Positions 24,898 through 38,512 of a DNA stretch of 64,000 nucleotides are shown piece by piece. This DNA is from Dipteris shenzhenensis (taxonomy: Eukaryota), in the NCBI GenBank assembly GCA_047967505.1, contig CM106538.1. One strand, written 5' to 3'. The stretch's first letter is position 1, and each line of letters opens with the position of its first letter. Both the position numbers and the translations under genes were made by a program. The notes beneath the pieces are model-generated. The model had not been told where the DNA came from, ran no database searches, and was given only the letters and a program-made list of their open reading frames with translations.

Positions 24898-27657
24898 ATG
24901 GCATCTGATGCTCTTTCATAGATTGTCACTGAAAAGCTTGTCAAGAACAACTTCCAAGCATGGACGTTTAGAATGACGAATTTCCTTAAGGGAAAAGGTT
25001 ATTTGCAGTTCATTACTGGAGCTGAACAAGAACCAGTTATTCCTAATGTTCTCAATCAACAGGAGTTGCAGGCATTTAAAGGCTGGCATGAGAGAGCCAG
25101 AAAAGTTATGTACTAGCTGTCTATCAGTATTTCAAATTCTATGATTGTGCATATTCAGGATGCAAGCACACCAAAGGAGGCGTGGGATACTTTGACAAAA
25201 ATATATAGCACAAATACGCAAGCCAGGAAAATGCAGCTCAAGTAGGAGTTGCATAATGTGCAGAGAGAAAATATGAGCATCAATGACTACCACATGAAGG
25301 TGAAGAAGATTGCAGATGCACTTGCTTCCATTGGGTCGCTAGTGGAAGATGATGATTTAGTTTCTGTGACCTTGAATGGTCTAGGAAAGGATTATACACA
25401 GTTTCGGACATCCATTGCCGTCCATGAGAATTTTCCTGATTTTGGGGAGTTGATTGCTCTTCTAATTTTTGAAGAGCAGAGAAATGGTGGTGCATCTTCT
25501 TCAGGAGGAACCTCAAAAGAAACTGTCTTCTACTCAAATGCTGGAAGAGGTAGAGGCAGAGGTAGAGCAAGCCAATCTGGAAACCGTGGCAGAAATCAGA
25601 ATATGCAGCAAATTCAAGAAAACCAGTTTTATGGAGGAGGACGTGGTAACCTTAGAGGCAGGGGGAGCCAAAGAGGTCATGGTGGATGGCAGAGAGGCCA
25701 AAATGCAAACAGCAATGCTGAATGCTACTACTATGGTAAAATGGGTCATATGGTTAAAGACTACTATAAAAAGTAGAATGACATCATGACTGGAAAATTG
25801 CAGCAAGGCAATTATGCATCCTCTAGTAGACAGGTGATGATAGAAATGAGCATCTGTTTATGGTGCAGCACATGACCAATTCTGTGACAAGTGCAGAAGA
25901 AAGCAATGATGTGTGGTATGTTGACTGAAGTGTGCGTCAAACCACATGACAGGTCATGCAAAATGGATACAGGATGCAAAGAAAATGGAAAGACTAGGAT
26001 TTGTGGAGATTGGTGATAATACTACACATCCTATTGTGCAGATTGGTAAAATTCCTTTGTCTATGTAGGATGGAAAAAAGAAATACCTGTCTAATGTATT
26101 TCATGTCGCGAATATCACCAAGAACCTGGTTTCTGTTGGTCAAATGGTTGAGCAATGCTTGCAGGTCAGATTTAATCCTTATGGATGCTTTGCTAAGGAT
26201 ATGAAAAATAAAGGTCGCTTGATAGCAAAAGGGAAGAAGAAGGGCAGGATGTTTACGTTGGATGCGGACATGCCTGAATTGAGTGCAGCAATGTTTGCAC
26301 ATGGGACCGGTGTAGTTGCAAATATTGATATTTGGCATAAACGCATTGGTCATGTTAATTTACAATGACTTAAATTAATGCAGGCCCAAAATATTGTTAC
26401 AGGATTGCCTAAGTTCAAGGTTGCAAAAATGAGGTATGTGAAGTCTGTCAATTTGGAAAATAGGCAAGGAGACCATTTCCTAGACATGTTGAAGAGAGTA
26501 AGAGGCCATTGGAATTAATCCACTCTGATGTGTGGACTACTAAAGTTGCATCTATTAGAGGCTATCATTTTTTTGTCACTTTTATTGATGACTATAGCAG
26601 AAAAGTTTGGGTGTATTTTATAAAAAAGAAAAGTGAAGTGTTTGGGCATTTCAAAGCTTTTAAAGCTATGGTTGAAAAAGAAACAGGCCTGCAAATAAAA
26701 TGCCTAAGGTCAAATGGAGGGGGAGAGTACCTCTCAAATGAGTTTGCAAGTTTCCTGCAAGAGCATGGCATAAAGCAACAATATTCATGCAGTCATACCC
26801 CACAGCAAAATGGACTTGTACAAAGGAAAAACAGGCATATTGGAGAGGTATCTCGTGCCATGCTCAACGAAAAAGACCTACCAGATTATTATTGGGCTGA
26901 AGCAGTTGCTACAGTAGTCTACATAATGAACATGACTCCCACTACAGCAATACATGGCATAACACTAGAGGAGACGTATACTGGTAGGAAATCGTATATT
27001 TCTCATTTAAAAGTTTTTGGTTGCATTGCCTATGTTCATGTGCCAGATGAGTAAGTTGGATCCAAAAGCTGAGAAGTACATCTTTATTGGTTATTCTCTA
27101 AAGCAGAAAGGGTATAGATGCTATAACCCTTCTACTCGTAAGTTTATAGTGAGCAGAGATGTTGTTTTTGATGAGATGAGTAGTTGGTATAAACCAGTAA
27201 ATGTGATTGATGATGTAGATGCAAAAAATGGTAATGCTACACAGAATTCATAGGAGCAATCACAAAATATTAGTGGACTTGTAATGTCCTCTAGTAGTGG
27301 TTCACATACTTTGCCATGGACAGGCAGATTGAGATCAAGAGAATCTCCTCAAAGCGATGCAGATAGTGGTATGCAAGTATCACAAAAGGAAAAAGAGAAA
27401 GTAGATTATCCCATGGTTGATGTGAATGCAGGTCTCTCTTCTGTGGATGGTGAATCCAGTGGCTTAGAATAGAGCCTTGATGATGAGTTGGGTATTCCTT
27501 CTGTTGTTACACCTGGAGTGAGGAAGACAAGGGATGTTTTGAGAGCACCTGGTAGTGAGCCTACTTTGTGCAAGTCTACCATAGTTAAGTATCCTGTGGA
27601 TAGGCTGAAATATGATGGATTTACAGCCATTCACTATGCCTATATGGTCAAAGTGAT
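24898..27657 (+). pseudogene. Copia B gag-PR-integrase, degenerate
   Basis: UBN2-type gag (MSINDYHMKVKKIADALASIG, LNGL), a decayed zinc knuckle, [35 protein letters not shown]. Confidence 0.9.
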
Positions 27658-27819
27658 ACAGCCATTCACTATGCCTATATGGTCAAAGTGATACAATATG
27701 ATGGACCTTAGGTGGGGTGCTAGTGGGGGCTAGGGCTTCTGGTCCATGCTGTTGTGTAGCTTCGTCATCGTGGATCGACGAGGTCAAAACTAGAGGGGGG
27801 CTTGGTCCACATAGCGGAA

Positions 27820-30800
27820 CTATTGCCGTTTGGCCACCATTGGTGAGCGAAGCAGTTTGGGCATGCCAATCAATTTGATAATTGATGGCATAGCACCAGT
27901 TCTTCCTAGTATAATATGTTCTTCGGTTGCTTTTGTGGGGAGAACATAAAATCGTATATCCACTGCTTGGCGAACAACCATTAGACTTAAATTTACAAAA
28001 CCCAAAGTTTGTAGGAGTTGGCCATTTATGGCTCTTATTGAAGCGACTATGAGGTTTAGGGGTACCTGTAGCTTTTCCCATACCTCTAGGGAGAGGAAGT
28101 TGTGGCTCACTCTTGGATCTATGAGTGCTTTGATGCACATGTGTGGGACATATAGTTGAATAAGCAACCTGGCTGGCTCTACCATTAGCTCCTCCATTAG
28201 TTGCTCTTGTTCAATCATTGCCTTAAGCAGTGCCATTTGCCTATGCTCTCGGAGCTTAGCATTATAAATTCTGGATTCCTTGATGGCCTGACATTTCATC
28301 CTGGCCACCTCGGCGTTGAGTTCTTTTCCTCTATGCACAGCTTGAAGGGTGGAGGGAGTGAGTGATCTGTAGTATCTTTTAAATTTGCTCCTGTTAAGGT
28401 AGCCATCCATTTTTATCCCATCAAGGGTGGCTATTTGGCACGACCCTTGGGGAGTGATCTCAACTACGTGATACAGACCCATTTCTTGGTACTTAATCTT
28501 GCATTTGGTATTACGGGTGCTATATAGGAGCGCCAAATCTCCTTCTACTAGGTCGTTGCTCTTGAGGTTGTGATCAAACCACCTTTTGCGTCGAGCCTTT
28601 TCTACCTTGAGAGAGAGGCTACACGCAACCGTGTCTCTTCTAACTTTTCAAGGTCGACTAGCCGTTCCACTAGCACATTTTCTATGAGTCTTTCCTTCAT
28701 GGCAAGATGGAGGCTAGGCACTACAAACTCCATTGGCATTATTGCCTCCACCCTGAAGGCTAACATGAAGGGGGTACAATGTGTGACCACTTTGTAGGAG
28801 GTTCTGTAGGCCCATAACGTTGCTATGAGCTTATGCTCCTAGTTGGTATGACTGGCTTCTACTGTACATGTGATGATTTTACATGTTTTGTCGGAGCTCT
28901 TGGCCAAGCCATTTGCCCTAGGGTAGTATGGCGTTGACTTCCTATGAATGATCATAAACTCACTAGTCATGATTGCTATTATTTCATTGAGGAATTGAGT
29001 TTCGACTAACTCCAATGGACATCCAAACCATGTAACAACTTGTTCATATAAGAATTTGGCAGTGGATCTTGCATCAGCCTTCACCGTGGCTCTTCCTTCT
29101 ACCCACTTGGTGAAGTAGTCGGTGGCCAAGATGATGTATTTGGCCCCAGTCCCCTTAGTTGTTGGGCTTATGGTACCAATGAAATCGATGCCTCATTTTT
29201 CAAAGGGTTGGTCGGCCAAGATTTCGGTCAGTGGCATCATGTCTGCGTTGTGTGGGATTAGGATATGTTGATAAGGGTTGCATCATTTGATGAATTTGGC
29301 CGTGTCTTCGAAGAGTGTCGGCCACCAAAGACTAGCTTGCAGCACTTTACGTGTTGTAACATTAGCGGCAAAATGACCTCTTGCGATTCTTGAGTGGGCT
29401 TCTACAAGCACATCGATGTGTTCGTGTTTGCACATGCATCTTCGCAATATTCCATCCTTGCCCATGTGGTATAGTTGGGCTGCTATCAGCAGCTGATATG
29501 GTGCTATGTCCTTAATGAGTTTGCAGGCTCTATCCTTCTTAAGGGCCTGGCCTAGGGGTAATCCATTGGCCAAGTAGTGGCCAATTTCGGTGGCCCATTT
29601 AGGAATGATGTCAAGGAAGAAGAGAGAAGTGTTAGGGAGATCATCTTCTACTCCCGGTGGAGCTTCACCATTCGGGATCCTCAATAGGTGGTTGGCCAGG
29701 ATGTGGGTTTTGCCTTTACGTACAATGACTGTGAAGTTGAATTCTAGCAGGATTAGCATCAACCTGGTGATGTGTCCCATCATGCAGGGTTTTTTGACCA
29801 AGTATAGCAATGCTTGATGGTCCACAAAGAAGACAAACTTGTTAGCTAACAAGTAGTGCTTGAACTTCTTGACTGCATAGACCATGGCGAGACCTTCCCT
29901 CTTAGTGGTAGTGTAGTTAACCTCGGCCTCATTTAGTTGCTGGCTCACAAAATATACCAGGTAATCTAAATTATGCTCCCCGGGTTGGGCTAACACACAT
30001 CTGATGGCAAAGTTAGAGGCATCAATATGGACATGGAATATTAAATTCCAGTCGAGTGACCTCAACACTGGTGCAGTGGCTAGAGCTAGTTTGAGGGTTT
30101 CAAAGGATGTTTGACATTCCTTGGCCCCACCCAAAGGATACTAGTAGCTTGTATAATGGGTGGGCTATGTTCGCATAGAGCACGATGAATCTCTAGTAAT
30201 AGCTCGTGTGGCCCGTAAATCTTTGTACTCCCTTGACATTGGTGGGGGGCGGTAACTCCAAGATGAGTTTGATTTTATTATGGTCCATAGAGATTCCATT
30301 TGGGGACACTATGTGGCCCAGGATGACACCATGTTTGACCCAAAAGTGGCACTTAAGGGGGTTGAGGGATATGCAGTATAAGTGGCACTTCTTGAGGATG
30401 AGCTTGAGATACTTTAGGTGGCCATCCCATTTTGAGTTTATGCAGATATCTTCCAAGAAGACTTCCACAAAGTCCCTCAGATATTCCTTGAATATCATAA
30501 TCATCATCCGTTGGAAGGTAGCAAGGGCATTGGTTAATCCGAATTTCATCACCCTAGTTGCATATACACCCCATTTGGTTGTGAAGGTGGTCTTATGTTG
30601 ATCTTGGGGTGCGATCGACACTTGTTTGTAACCTAAAAATCCATTTAGGAAGCTATACGCTTCCTTTCTGGGTACCCTCTCTAGAACATGTTCCATGAAT
30701 GGCAAGGGGTAGTGGTCACATCTCGTGGCAACATTAACCTTTTTCAAATCCACGCATACTCTAATTTTTCCATTTTTCTTTAGGACTATCATGATGGGTG

Positions 30801-32600
30801 ATACCCAGTCCATATGCTCAATCTCATAGATGAATCTAGCATCTATGAGTTTTTGGATTTCTTCCCTCACTATGAGCGCGCATTTAGGATTCATAGGGTA
30901 GGGGCATTGCTGTAGTGGCCTAGAATCATCTAGCATGGTGATTGTGTGCTGCACTACTATGACATGCACCCCTTTCATGTCAGTGTACTTCCAGGCCATG
31001 CAATCCTTGTATTTTTGTAGGAGAGCTATTAAGGCATTCTCCTCATTGGGGGTGAGGTCATCGGTGACAAATATTGGTTGTGGGTCCTGCCCTTCTAGGG
31101 GTAGGTTTACCTCTTTGATCGAGGCTGGCCCATCATACCCTTGAGAACAACCATCCTCCCAAGACCTTTTGGCCTGTTAGTATAAGATCTTATGTTCTTG
31201 AGTAGTATAGGCCTTGTAGTGGGCTGGTACCTATCATAGGTCCTCTTTATCCTCAATTTCTTTCACTTTTTTTGCCAGAGCAGTGGTCTTTTTGGCTTAG
31301 CCTTGCCTTTAGATATAGGGGATTTTGGTCTTGATTTCCCTTGTACTTATAGAGCTAATAGGGGTGGTTACCCTACTTACCCTATTTTCCTAGTTGGAGG
31401 AGAACTCGTGGTGAGCAGTCGTGGCACCTACGTAGGAAAGCCAGTGAAGATCTGATTTTACCCTCATGATTCCCTTGCTTACCTCTCATGGTTTGAGCAT
31501 GTTAAACATTCTTAGGGGAACCACTGAGGTCAAACCCTCAAGCTCTGGGGTGGTGATTTGAAACCCCACTCTTTTGGGGACATATACATTGGCTAAGATG
31601 CGCATCTAGTTCTGTGATAATTTTGGCTCGGGGAGAGGTGCATACCAGAAGTCATCAGACTCCTTCTCATCCTCTTCCTTGTCATAGGGTTGGAATAGCT
31701 TTATGGAGGCGGTTAGGGTGGTGGTGTCGAACTCTGCAGCAAAGAGGTGTCCTGACAATGGGTGGGCCTTGTAGGTGTGTAGGTCCACTCTCATGGTTTG
31801 CTCCTCGTGCTGCAAGTAGATGTTATCATTACGCCAGTCATGCACGAGTCTGGACATTCGCAAGGACCTACCTAAGATAGCTTCATATCCTAGATGTCGA
31901 GTGAAGTCCATGACCATGGACCTGACAGGGTACATGAACCCAAATACCTTAATATTTATGCGAATCAGCACTCCCAGGGGTTCAACAGTTCCCCCATTGG
32001 TTAACTTTACTACCAGATGGGTCTGCTCAAGTGCGGGTTTTCCCCATTTCTCCTAGCTTTCATTGGTGTAGACACTCACTCCTGCTCCCCCATCTAGGAT
32101 GGCTTCCACTTCTGGTTTTGATAGACTATGGGGATAGAGGCATTCGTGTCATCACCCTCGAAGTACTGGCCTAGCTTGTTGATGGGAACCTTAGGTAGGT
32201 TATGCCCCTTTTCTAATGTTGATTGGTTGGCAGGGGTTGGAGGTAAGAATGGTTTGTTCATCCAATTGGACAGATCACACCATAGGATGGGATTTCCTCT
32301 TAGCAGGGAAGTGATCGGCATTTTTACCTCTGTCAATAGGAAAGCAGCCAACCTGGTGCTATCATAGAGCTTCGGTGAAGCTTCTTACTCCATGGACAAC
32401 ATGTCCTCAAAGTCGTACATGTCTCCTTTCATGCAACACTAGGTCTTCTTGGAACATCAGATTCAAAGCTTCTGTCTGCTCAAAGATGAGGTGTTTCTCT
32501 TCCTCCACCCTTTTTGGCACCTTGGCGATTTTACCCCTCGGTGGCCCATCAGGTAGGCTGGATGAATAGTATCTGATCCCATAGTACTGGCCTTTAGTCA
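27820..32600 (-). pseudogene. Gypsy 1 pol (PR-RT-RNaseH-IN plus C-terminal second protease), degenerate
   Basis: PR ILDGGAGVS...EAILGR (31860-32110). RT WVSPIMIVLKKNGKIRVCVD and FGLTNA (30193-30999). RH DASNFAI (29283-30134). IN DYFTKWVE and YYPRANG (28839-29129). GPY/F-like module (28370-28536). Confidence 0.93.
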
Positions 32601-32912
32601 ATGCTCAAACTTATCTTGGTAATCCTGTACCAAGTTCTAGATCCTTTATGTATTGCTTTTCTAAGACCGGGGTTCGGATAGGTCTCCTTATAGGTGGGTG
32701 AGGGTGCCAAGCCTTGGGCTTGCACTGGTTTGTTCACCTCTGGGACTAGAAATACCTTAGGGTCACCTTGGGTGGAAGACTATTCGGAAGCAAAGGAGGT
32801 GGCACGAATAGCTGTCTCCTCATCATAACCATTTTGGATGAGCACCTAGCCGGAGCTGTTACCTACTCAAATGGCCTTCTTGGATTGGGTTAGAGGATGT
32901 GGGGGAATCTTG

Positions 32913-34639
32913 GGGCTTCTTCAACCAAAAAACTTTGCTAGAAGTGCTTTGCTGTGCATACAATGTCACTAATCTCTGCCATGCATCCCATGCAGTGTTC
33001 TCATTCCGAATGCTCATAACAATGTCATCACAACATGTCAACATAATAGTGGCTTTAGCAAGTGTGTTTAGCCTCCACCATTCAGCATCTGTCATAGACA
33101 TAGGCTTCCTGCCTTGCTCTTGAATGGGAACATATTGCTCCTTGAGATACAGTATGTTCATGCATTGTGTCTGCCACACATCAAAGTTGCTAGTTCCCTC
33201 TAGCTTTTTAATGTTCATCATAGATGACGAATCTGCCATAATGTCCAAGCCACAACAACAAGACAATAATGATGCTCAAACACTTAGCTCCTTGCAAGCA
33301 CTCAATGCCACCAAAGAGTGAAATGCACTACAAGTGCACAGCCTGTATAGCAAGTGCCCGCACTTAAACCAGTGCCAAAACCTTCAGCAACAAGTGCAAA
33401 ATCCTTGCATACAATTGCATTGACCCAACATGGCATATGACATCCAAACTGTAGCATTTACCAATTGCAACTGTTGCCCAAAAATTCATTGCATATGGCA
33501 TCCAAAATGCCTTAAAAAAACTTGCTCAAGTTTGCACTTTACATTGTGTCAAATTTGTGTCCTGCACCAAACCTCACCACCACTCTACCAAATGGCAAGC
33601 TCTACCACCACATCCGGTGGGCCATGCCAAGAAGAAAATATTGCAACAAATGCAAAAAACAAAATAAGGTAGAGACAAGTGCAAGAAATAGCCTCTTACT
33701 TGGTCCTTCACCGAATTGTGAAAAAAATGCCAAATGACATGCTAAAAGAGCGCTATATCTCACAAAGTAGTGGTCAAATGGCAAAGCGATGGTGATTGTC
33801 ACACAAAATGTCTGCAAATTTTATGAGCAGGTTTCGCCAGTGAATATCTCCCAAACGGAATGTCGGATGGCTTTACTGCAGAAGGCAAACTTGTAGAAAA
33901 TCCAAAAATCTTCAAGTCTTGTGTTGACCATGAGTCTAAATTACTGACAGAAAAAAGAGATATTAAATGTCAAAAATTGTTGTCCAGTAAAAGATGATTG
34001 TCTGAGAATTTTGAAACAGCGATTTGGGGCTGTAAACGATCGAATTCGGAAAAAAAATAGTAGACCCAAGTCCAAAGGACCTGAAATTGCTCAGAGCGTC
34101 AAGATTGAGTAAAATAGAGTATTTGTTTGCAAAATTTCGACGTCATGACCAAAAACTGCCTGTAGAAGGAAATTTCGACGTCGACCAAAAACTGCCTCTG
34201 GAAGGGAGGACAAGCCAGAGATTCGTCTCTCTTATCCTCAACCACGACCAAGGTTCTCCCTCAGCACACCAGAGATTTCTTTTCCACAGCTGCAAGTAGC
34301 TCAAGGGTCTCTCACTCTTCACCTCTCTCTCAAACTCTCCAGGAAATAGAACTCCTTACTCCACCGAGTGGCTCTGGTCTACCACCAAGCTACTCAAGGT
34401 CATCGGGCTATCACCAAGCTTCCCAGAGCTCTGATACCAGTTTAAAGGGGATCAGGGACAGCAAAGGGCAACAAGAAGGAGAGGAGAACACACAATGTGG
34501 GGGTGTCAAGAGACACCAAAGAATAGGTATGCATAGTATATATAGTGGAAGCATAGTATACTATGTACATGGGACTGGTCACATGGCCTTTACCCCATAC
34601 TATGTACATGGGACTAACCACATGGCCTTTACCCCAACA
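32913..34639 (-). mobile_element. Ty1/copia element C fragment (LTR about 34442-34639, PBS, leader, gag N-terminus), nested in gypsy 1 gag
   Basis: Exact PBS TGGTATCAGAGC (34428-34439, minus). LTR starts TGTTGGGG and has a ~43-bp internal duplication. Gag start KKLEGTSNFDVW...TAWDAWQRL. Confidence 0.87.
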
Positions 34640-36001
34640 AAGGAAGCAAGGTAACAGTCGTTTGTCGCTCATCCACTCATATGGCTCACAATGGGCATTG
34701 AGATGCTTGATCCTAGCAATGTAATCCCTCAAGGATTCCTTGTCATTTTGTTTTACCCCATACAATTGGTTGATCGGGCTCCATTTATGGCTGTTGGGGG
34801 AGAACCCCACAATAAAAGCCTTTCTCAATGTCTCCCAATTGATCTTTTCTTTTGGGATGAGAGCCATATACCATTGGCCTACCTTGCCATCCAGGTTGAG
34901 GCCAAATGCATTGGCCATCTCTAGGACTCCGAGAGCACCAAAGTCTTCACAAATTTGTTCAAACTACTCATGTGGGAGATTGGGTCTCCTTCTTCTAGGA
35001 ACTTGGTCATTAGCTTGGAAATGGCTATGGGATGGCTCTTCGAGGGATTCATAATTCCTGTAGGAAACACTGGGGTGGGTGGAGGTGGTGTTTCCCCCCT
35101 TCCTAGGGCGTTCACCAAAATACAGATTGCCTCATCAGTCAACACCATTTGAGCGGCTAGCAGAGGTGGTGTTGCTGTGGGCCTAATGAGATGTAGCACT
35201 GGCCTTAGGCTTGGCCCAAGTGGTGGTCCCCACATAGTTGCTAGTACTGGCATTGGAATGGAGGTACCAAGGCCTGCATTCATTGGTGCAACTGGTTTAG
35301 ATGGGAAGGGACGAACCCTCAGAGGCGGTGGGTCTTGGGGCATGGTAACGTTGGTTCCATGTAGCGGTGGATGGTAGGGTGGAAACTATGGTGCCCCATA
35401 GTTGACGAAGGCTAGTGGCGTCGGGGCTATTAGAGGTTCATAAGGCACTCCACCTTGGAAGTTCCTAGTATCCCCTCAGCTTGGGTCTTGCCTTCGAAAT
35501 TCCCTCATCCATGGATGTTCATCATCCATGTTTTCCCACTAGGGAGGTTCGGCATAGGCAGAGGGTCCTAGATCGACGAAGTTGGTTTCCATCCCGATCT
35601 GTGGTTCGGGAGCTGGCTATTGCTGGCATTCTCTCCTTGCGGACATGATAGCAAAGGGGTTCTCCATGTCTGCTGACTCTATTCAGCCTAAACGGATGAA
35701 CATGTCGGAGAACGTGCCCCTAAGCCTAGATGCAACCGAAGGTGCAGGAGAGTTGGGAGAGGCCACAATGTGAATGGAGCTTCTGATGCCCTTGAACCCG
35801 AGGGGTCTTGCATTACTTCTTCCAGACTCTCGTTTTGTTAGAACTAGATAAAGTTTCTAGTTGGGGACCTACTAACGAGTGGAGGCTCGGGATCGAGCTT
35901 TTAGATTCCCAGCTAGGATAGAGGGTGGGATGAGCATAGCTCGAAGCGCTTTCTTCCGGCACGGTATCCTTTGGCAAAATCCTTCCGAACGTCAAGTGCA
36001 T
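34640..36001 (-). pseudogene. Gypsy 1 gag (retrotrans_gag), degenerate
   Basis: FGLNLDGKVGQWY...WETLRKAF...KQNDKESLRDYIARIK. Homologous to 57081-57979. Confidence 0.87.
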
Positions 36002-37325
36002 GTGGGATGCCTCTGGCTGGGCACACTCAGGCTAAACTGAGGTTCTGGAATTTTCTTTTAATTCTTTAACTACCCCATCGGTATCACACTAGTCGATGGG
36101 ATAGCTCTATAGTGATGATCGGAGGGATCTGGTATCACACTGGGCAGTGGGATACGGGTTTAGTAGCAGGCGGCCATTTAAGTGTATTGCAATGGCGATG
36201 GAGTAAGAATAACCACAGGAAATGGGATAGATGTATCGTGATAATCAGCAGGATAGATCTTGCCATGTGGTTAACATGAATAGCTGCAAGTGCTATCCCT
36301 ACGGGTGTAGGTATACGGTTAAGACAGTGGGTGGCAGAATAGGGAATCGGTGGGATCTTACCAATGTGCCAGTCTGTGGTATAGTTATTGCGATGAGCAT
36401 GGGGATCAAAATGGTGACAATCGGTAGAATAAGCATATCGCAACGATGGCAGAGTAAGCGTATAACATCGAGCGATGGGATAAAAATAGTGACGATCATC
36501 CGAACAAAAATAGTGATGGGTGGCATGATGGGCGTAACGTGACGAGTGGAGGGATACGAATATGACCACGGGCATGGGGGTGGGTTCATTACACTGGAGG
36601 CGGAGTAGCAAGATAGCAACAGTCAGTGGGATAGCCCTAAAGCCACGGGTCAATGGCTATCAGATCGGTGGGATAATAACTCTGACACGCATTAAATCGG
36701 GGCGGTGGGTTAGGCCATGGTTAGAAGTTAGGTTGGCGGGATAGCTCTATGGCATCAGGTCAACGTGGTTTGATCAGAGGGATATGGCTAACGCATCGAT
36801 CGATGGGATATTTGGTTGATGAGATAGCTCTATGGCCTCGACTCGGCAGGATAGGAAAACATAGTGTCGTCGACTGATTCTTGATGATTTCTGAAGATTT
36901 AGAAGGTTTTTTCATGATTTTTTGTGATGGGGGGATGCTAAACTACCTAATCTAACTACTCAATGGAAAAACTTGAAAACAAAACACCTTTTGAAAGCCA
37001 AAATGCAAAATTTCATAAAGGGTGAGTTCTATGACACAAAACTACTTCAAGATTTGTCAAGAATCCTCATTTTTGTTATCTTTTGAGGTGTTTGGACCTC
37101 ACACACACCTTAGCAATCAAACCCACTAAGTTTGTATCAAATTGAAGTACTAAATGCTCCCAAATGGCTTTCACACAAGAAAAAATAGTTTTCCATCCTC
37201 ACTCTCACTTTCTCGCTCTGCTTTCTCCTACAACTCCACTAACAAGCTCTAAGTTACGCTTGAAGACTTGTGCAATGGGAATACATCAAAGGAAAACATG
37301 TGCAAATGCAAAAGCATATCTTTTC

Positions 37326-37343
37326 TCCCCGACAGCAGTGCCA
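37326..37343 (-). other. PBS of gypsy 1 (tRNA-Asp/Athila type)
   Basis: Minus strand TGGCACTGCTGTCGGGGA, a transition-decayed version of TGGCGCCGTTGCCGGGGA. Confidence 0.8.
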
Positions 37344-37347
37344 AAAA

Positions 37348-38512
37348 TTTTGTGGGTCTCAGAAGTGACTCACATGTCATGGGGATGTTGAAGATATGCT
37401 AATGGAGCCTCCACTCCTAGCTACTCCTTGTGGGAGCAATGCAAGGCACGAGCCATCTGCAAGTGTCATGCAAGTGGCCTTGGGATTGTTGCAATCTGGT
37501 TCCATGTGAGAAACAGGGAAGGGGAAGAGGGGAGAGGAGAGGAAGAAGGGAGGGAGAAGGAGAAGGGAAGAGGAGAAGGGAAGGGAGGAGTGAAGGGGGA
37601 TAGAGTGGCAACCACAAGGGCACTACAATGGAAACAATAGAACACCCAAAACACTCTCTTGGAAGAGAAGAGGGAGCTTGTATTCAAACTTGTGCAAACA
37701 AAAATGAAGACCACAGTCAACCATTTGGCCTTTTATACAAGTCACATTTTGAGGGGAGGGAAAACCCTTTTCCTTTTCAGCACTCTCCCTCTCTTTACAA
37801 CCAAAGGCTCTTGGGCTGGTAGGGTGCCAAGGCATATTGCTATTCTTTCCATCTCTCTTTACTAGCAGAAATAGTGCTTGTGTTAGCCATATTAGAGTTC
37901 TTGGGACAAGCTTGGCGTTAGGAGGTGTTCCTAATCAGCTCCCAAATAGCGCTTGTGTTAGCCTCATGCCTCCTAGGCTTAGGTGATTTGGGGCTCGAAC
38001 TCCCTGAGCACCCTCACGCCTTAAACCATTTGTGGTTCAAATTCCATGCTTGAGGCTCAAAACCTAGAGTGGTGAGGCTTCCACAAGACACTCAAAGGTA
38101 ACCTTGCACATTGCCTACAATCTTTTGCCTCGGGATATTTGGGATCAAAATCCCTCAGTTTGAGTTGTACTCCTTTTGTGGCTATTTTCATTGGTGTGGC
38201 TATTTTCATGGATATAGACCTAAAATGTACACATTGCCTGCACTCTTTGGTCTTGATGTTAGCTGGAACATACAACTTGTGCCTAGAATCCTTGAATCCT
38301 TAGACTTTTGGGTGGACTTTGGATATTTGGAGATCAAATTCTGTGAGTTTGAGCTATACTCCTTTCATGTACACATTGCTTATAATCATTGGAGTTGGGG
38401 TATTTGGGGGTCAAACACCCTGAGCTTGTTTGTTGCAGTAGATCATGCGGCCTGATCACCTTTAATCACTGATTACCTTGCATTCAACTGCTGTACTCTA
38501 TGGATGTTAACA
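37348..38512 (-). repeat. 5' LTR of gypsy 1
   Basis: Homologous to 18139-19317; adjacent to the PBS. Confidence 0.93.

Larger units (their letters stand above)
23733..27695 (+). mobile_element. Ty1/copia element B, 3'-truncated, nested in gypsy 1
   Basis: LTR 23733-24353 with inverted termini TGTAAAAAGAGTG / CACTCTCTTCACA, then PBS, gag, PR and IN. Breaks off before RT. Confidence 0.9.
18139..38512 (-). mobile_element. Athila-like Ty3/gypsy LTR retrotransposon 1 (20.4 kb including nested copia fragments)
   Basis: Paired ~1.17 kb LTRs. TSD TCTTT/ACTTT, with the empty site GAATCTTTGGATGCC near 9186-9200. tRNA-Asp-type PBS and a PPT. Order gag-PR-RT-RH-IN with no extra Tat-type RNase H seen. 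Confidence 0.92.
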
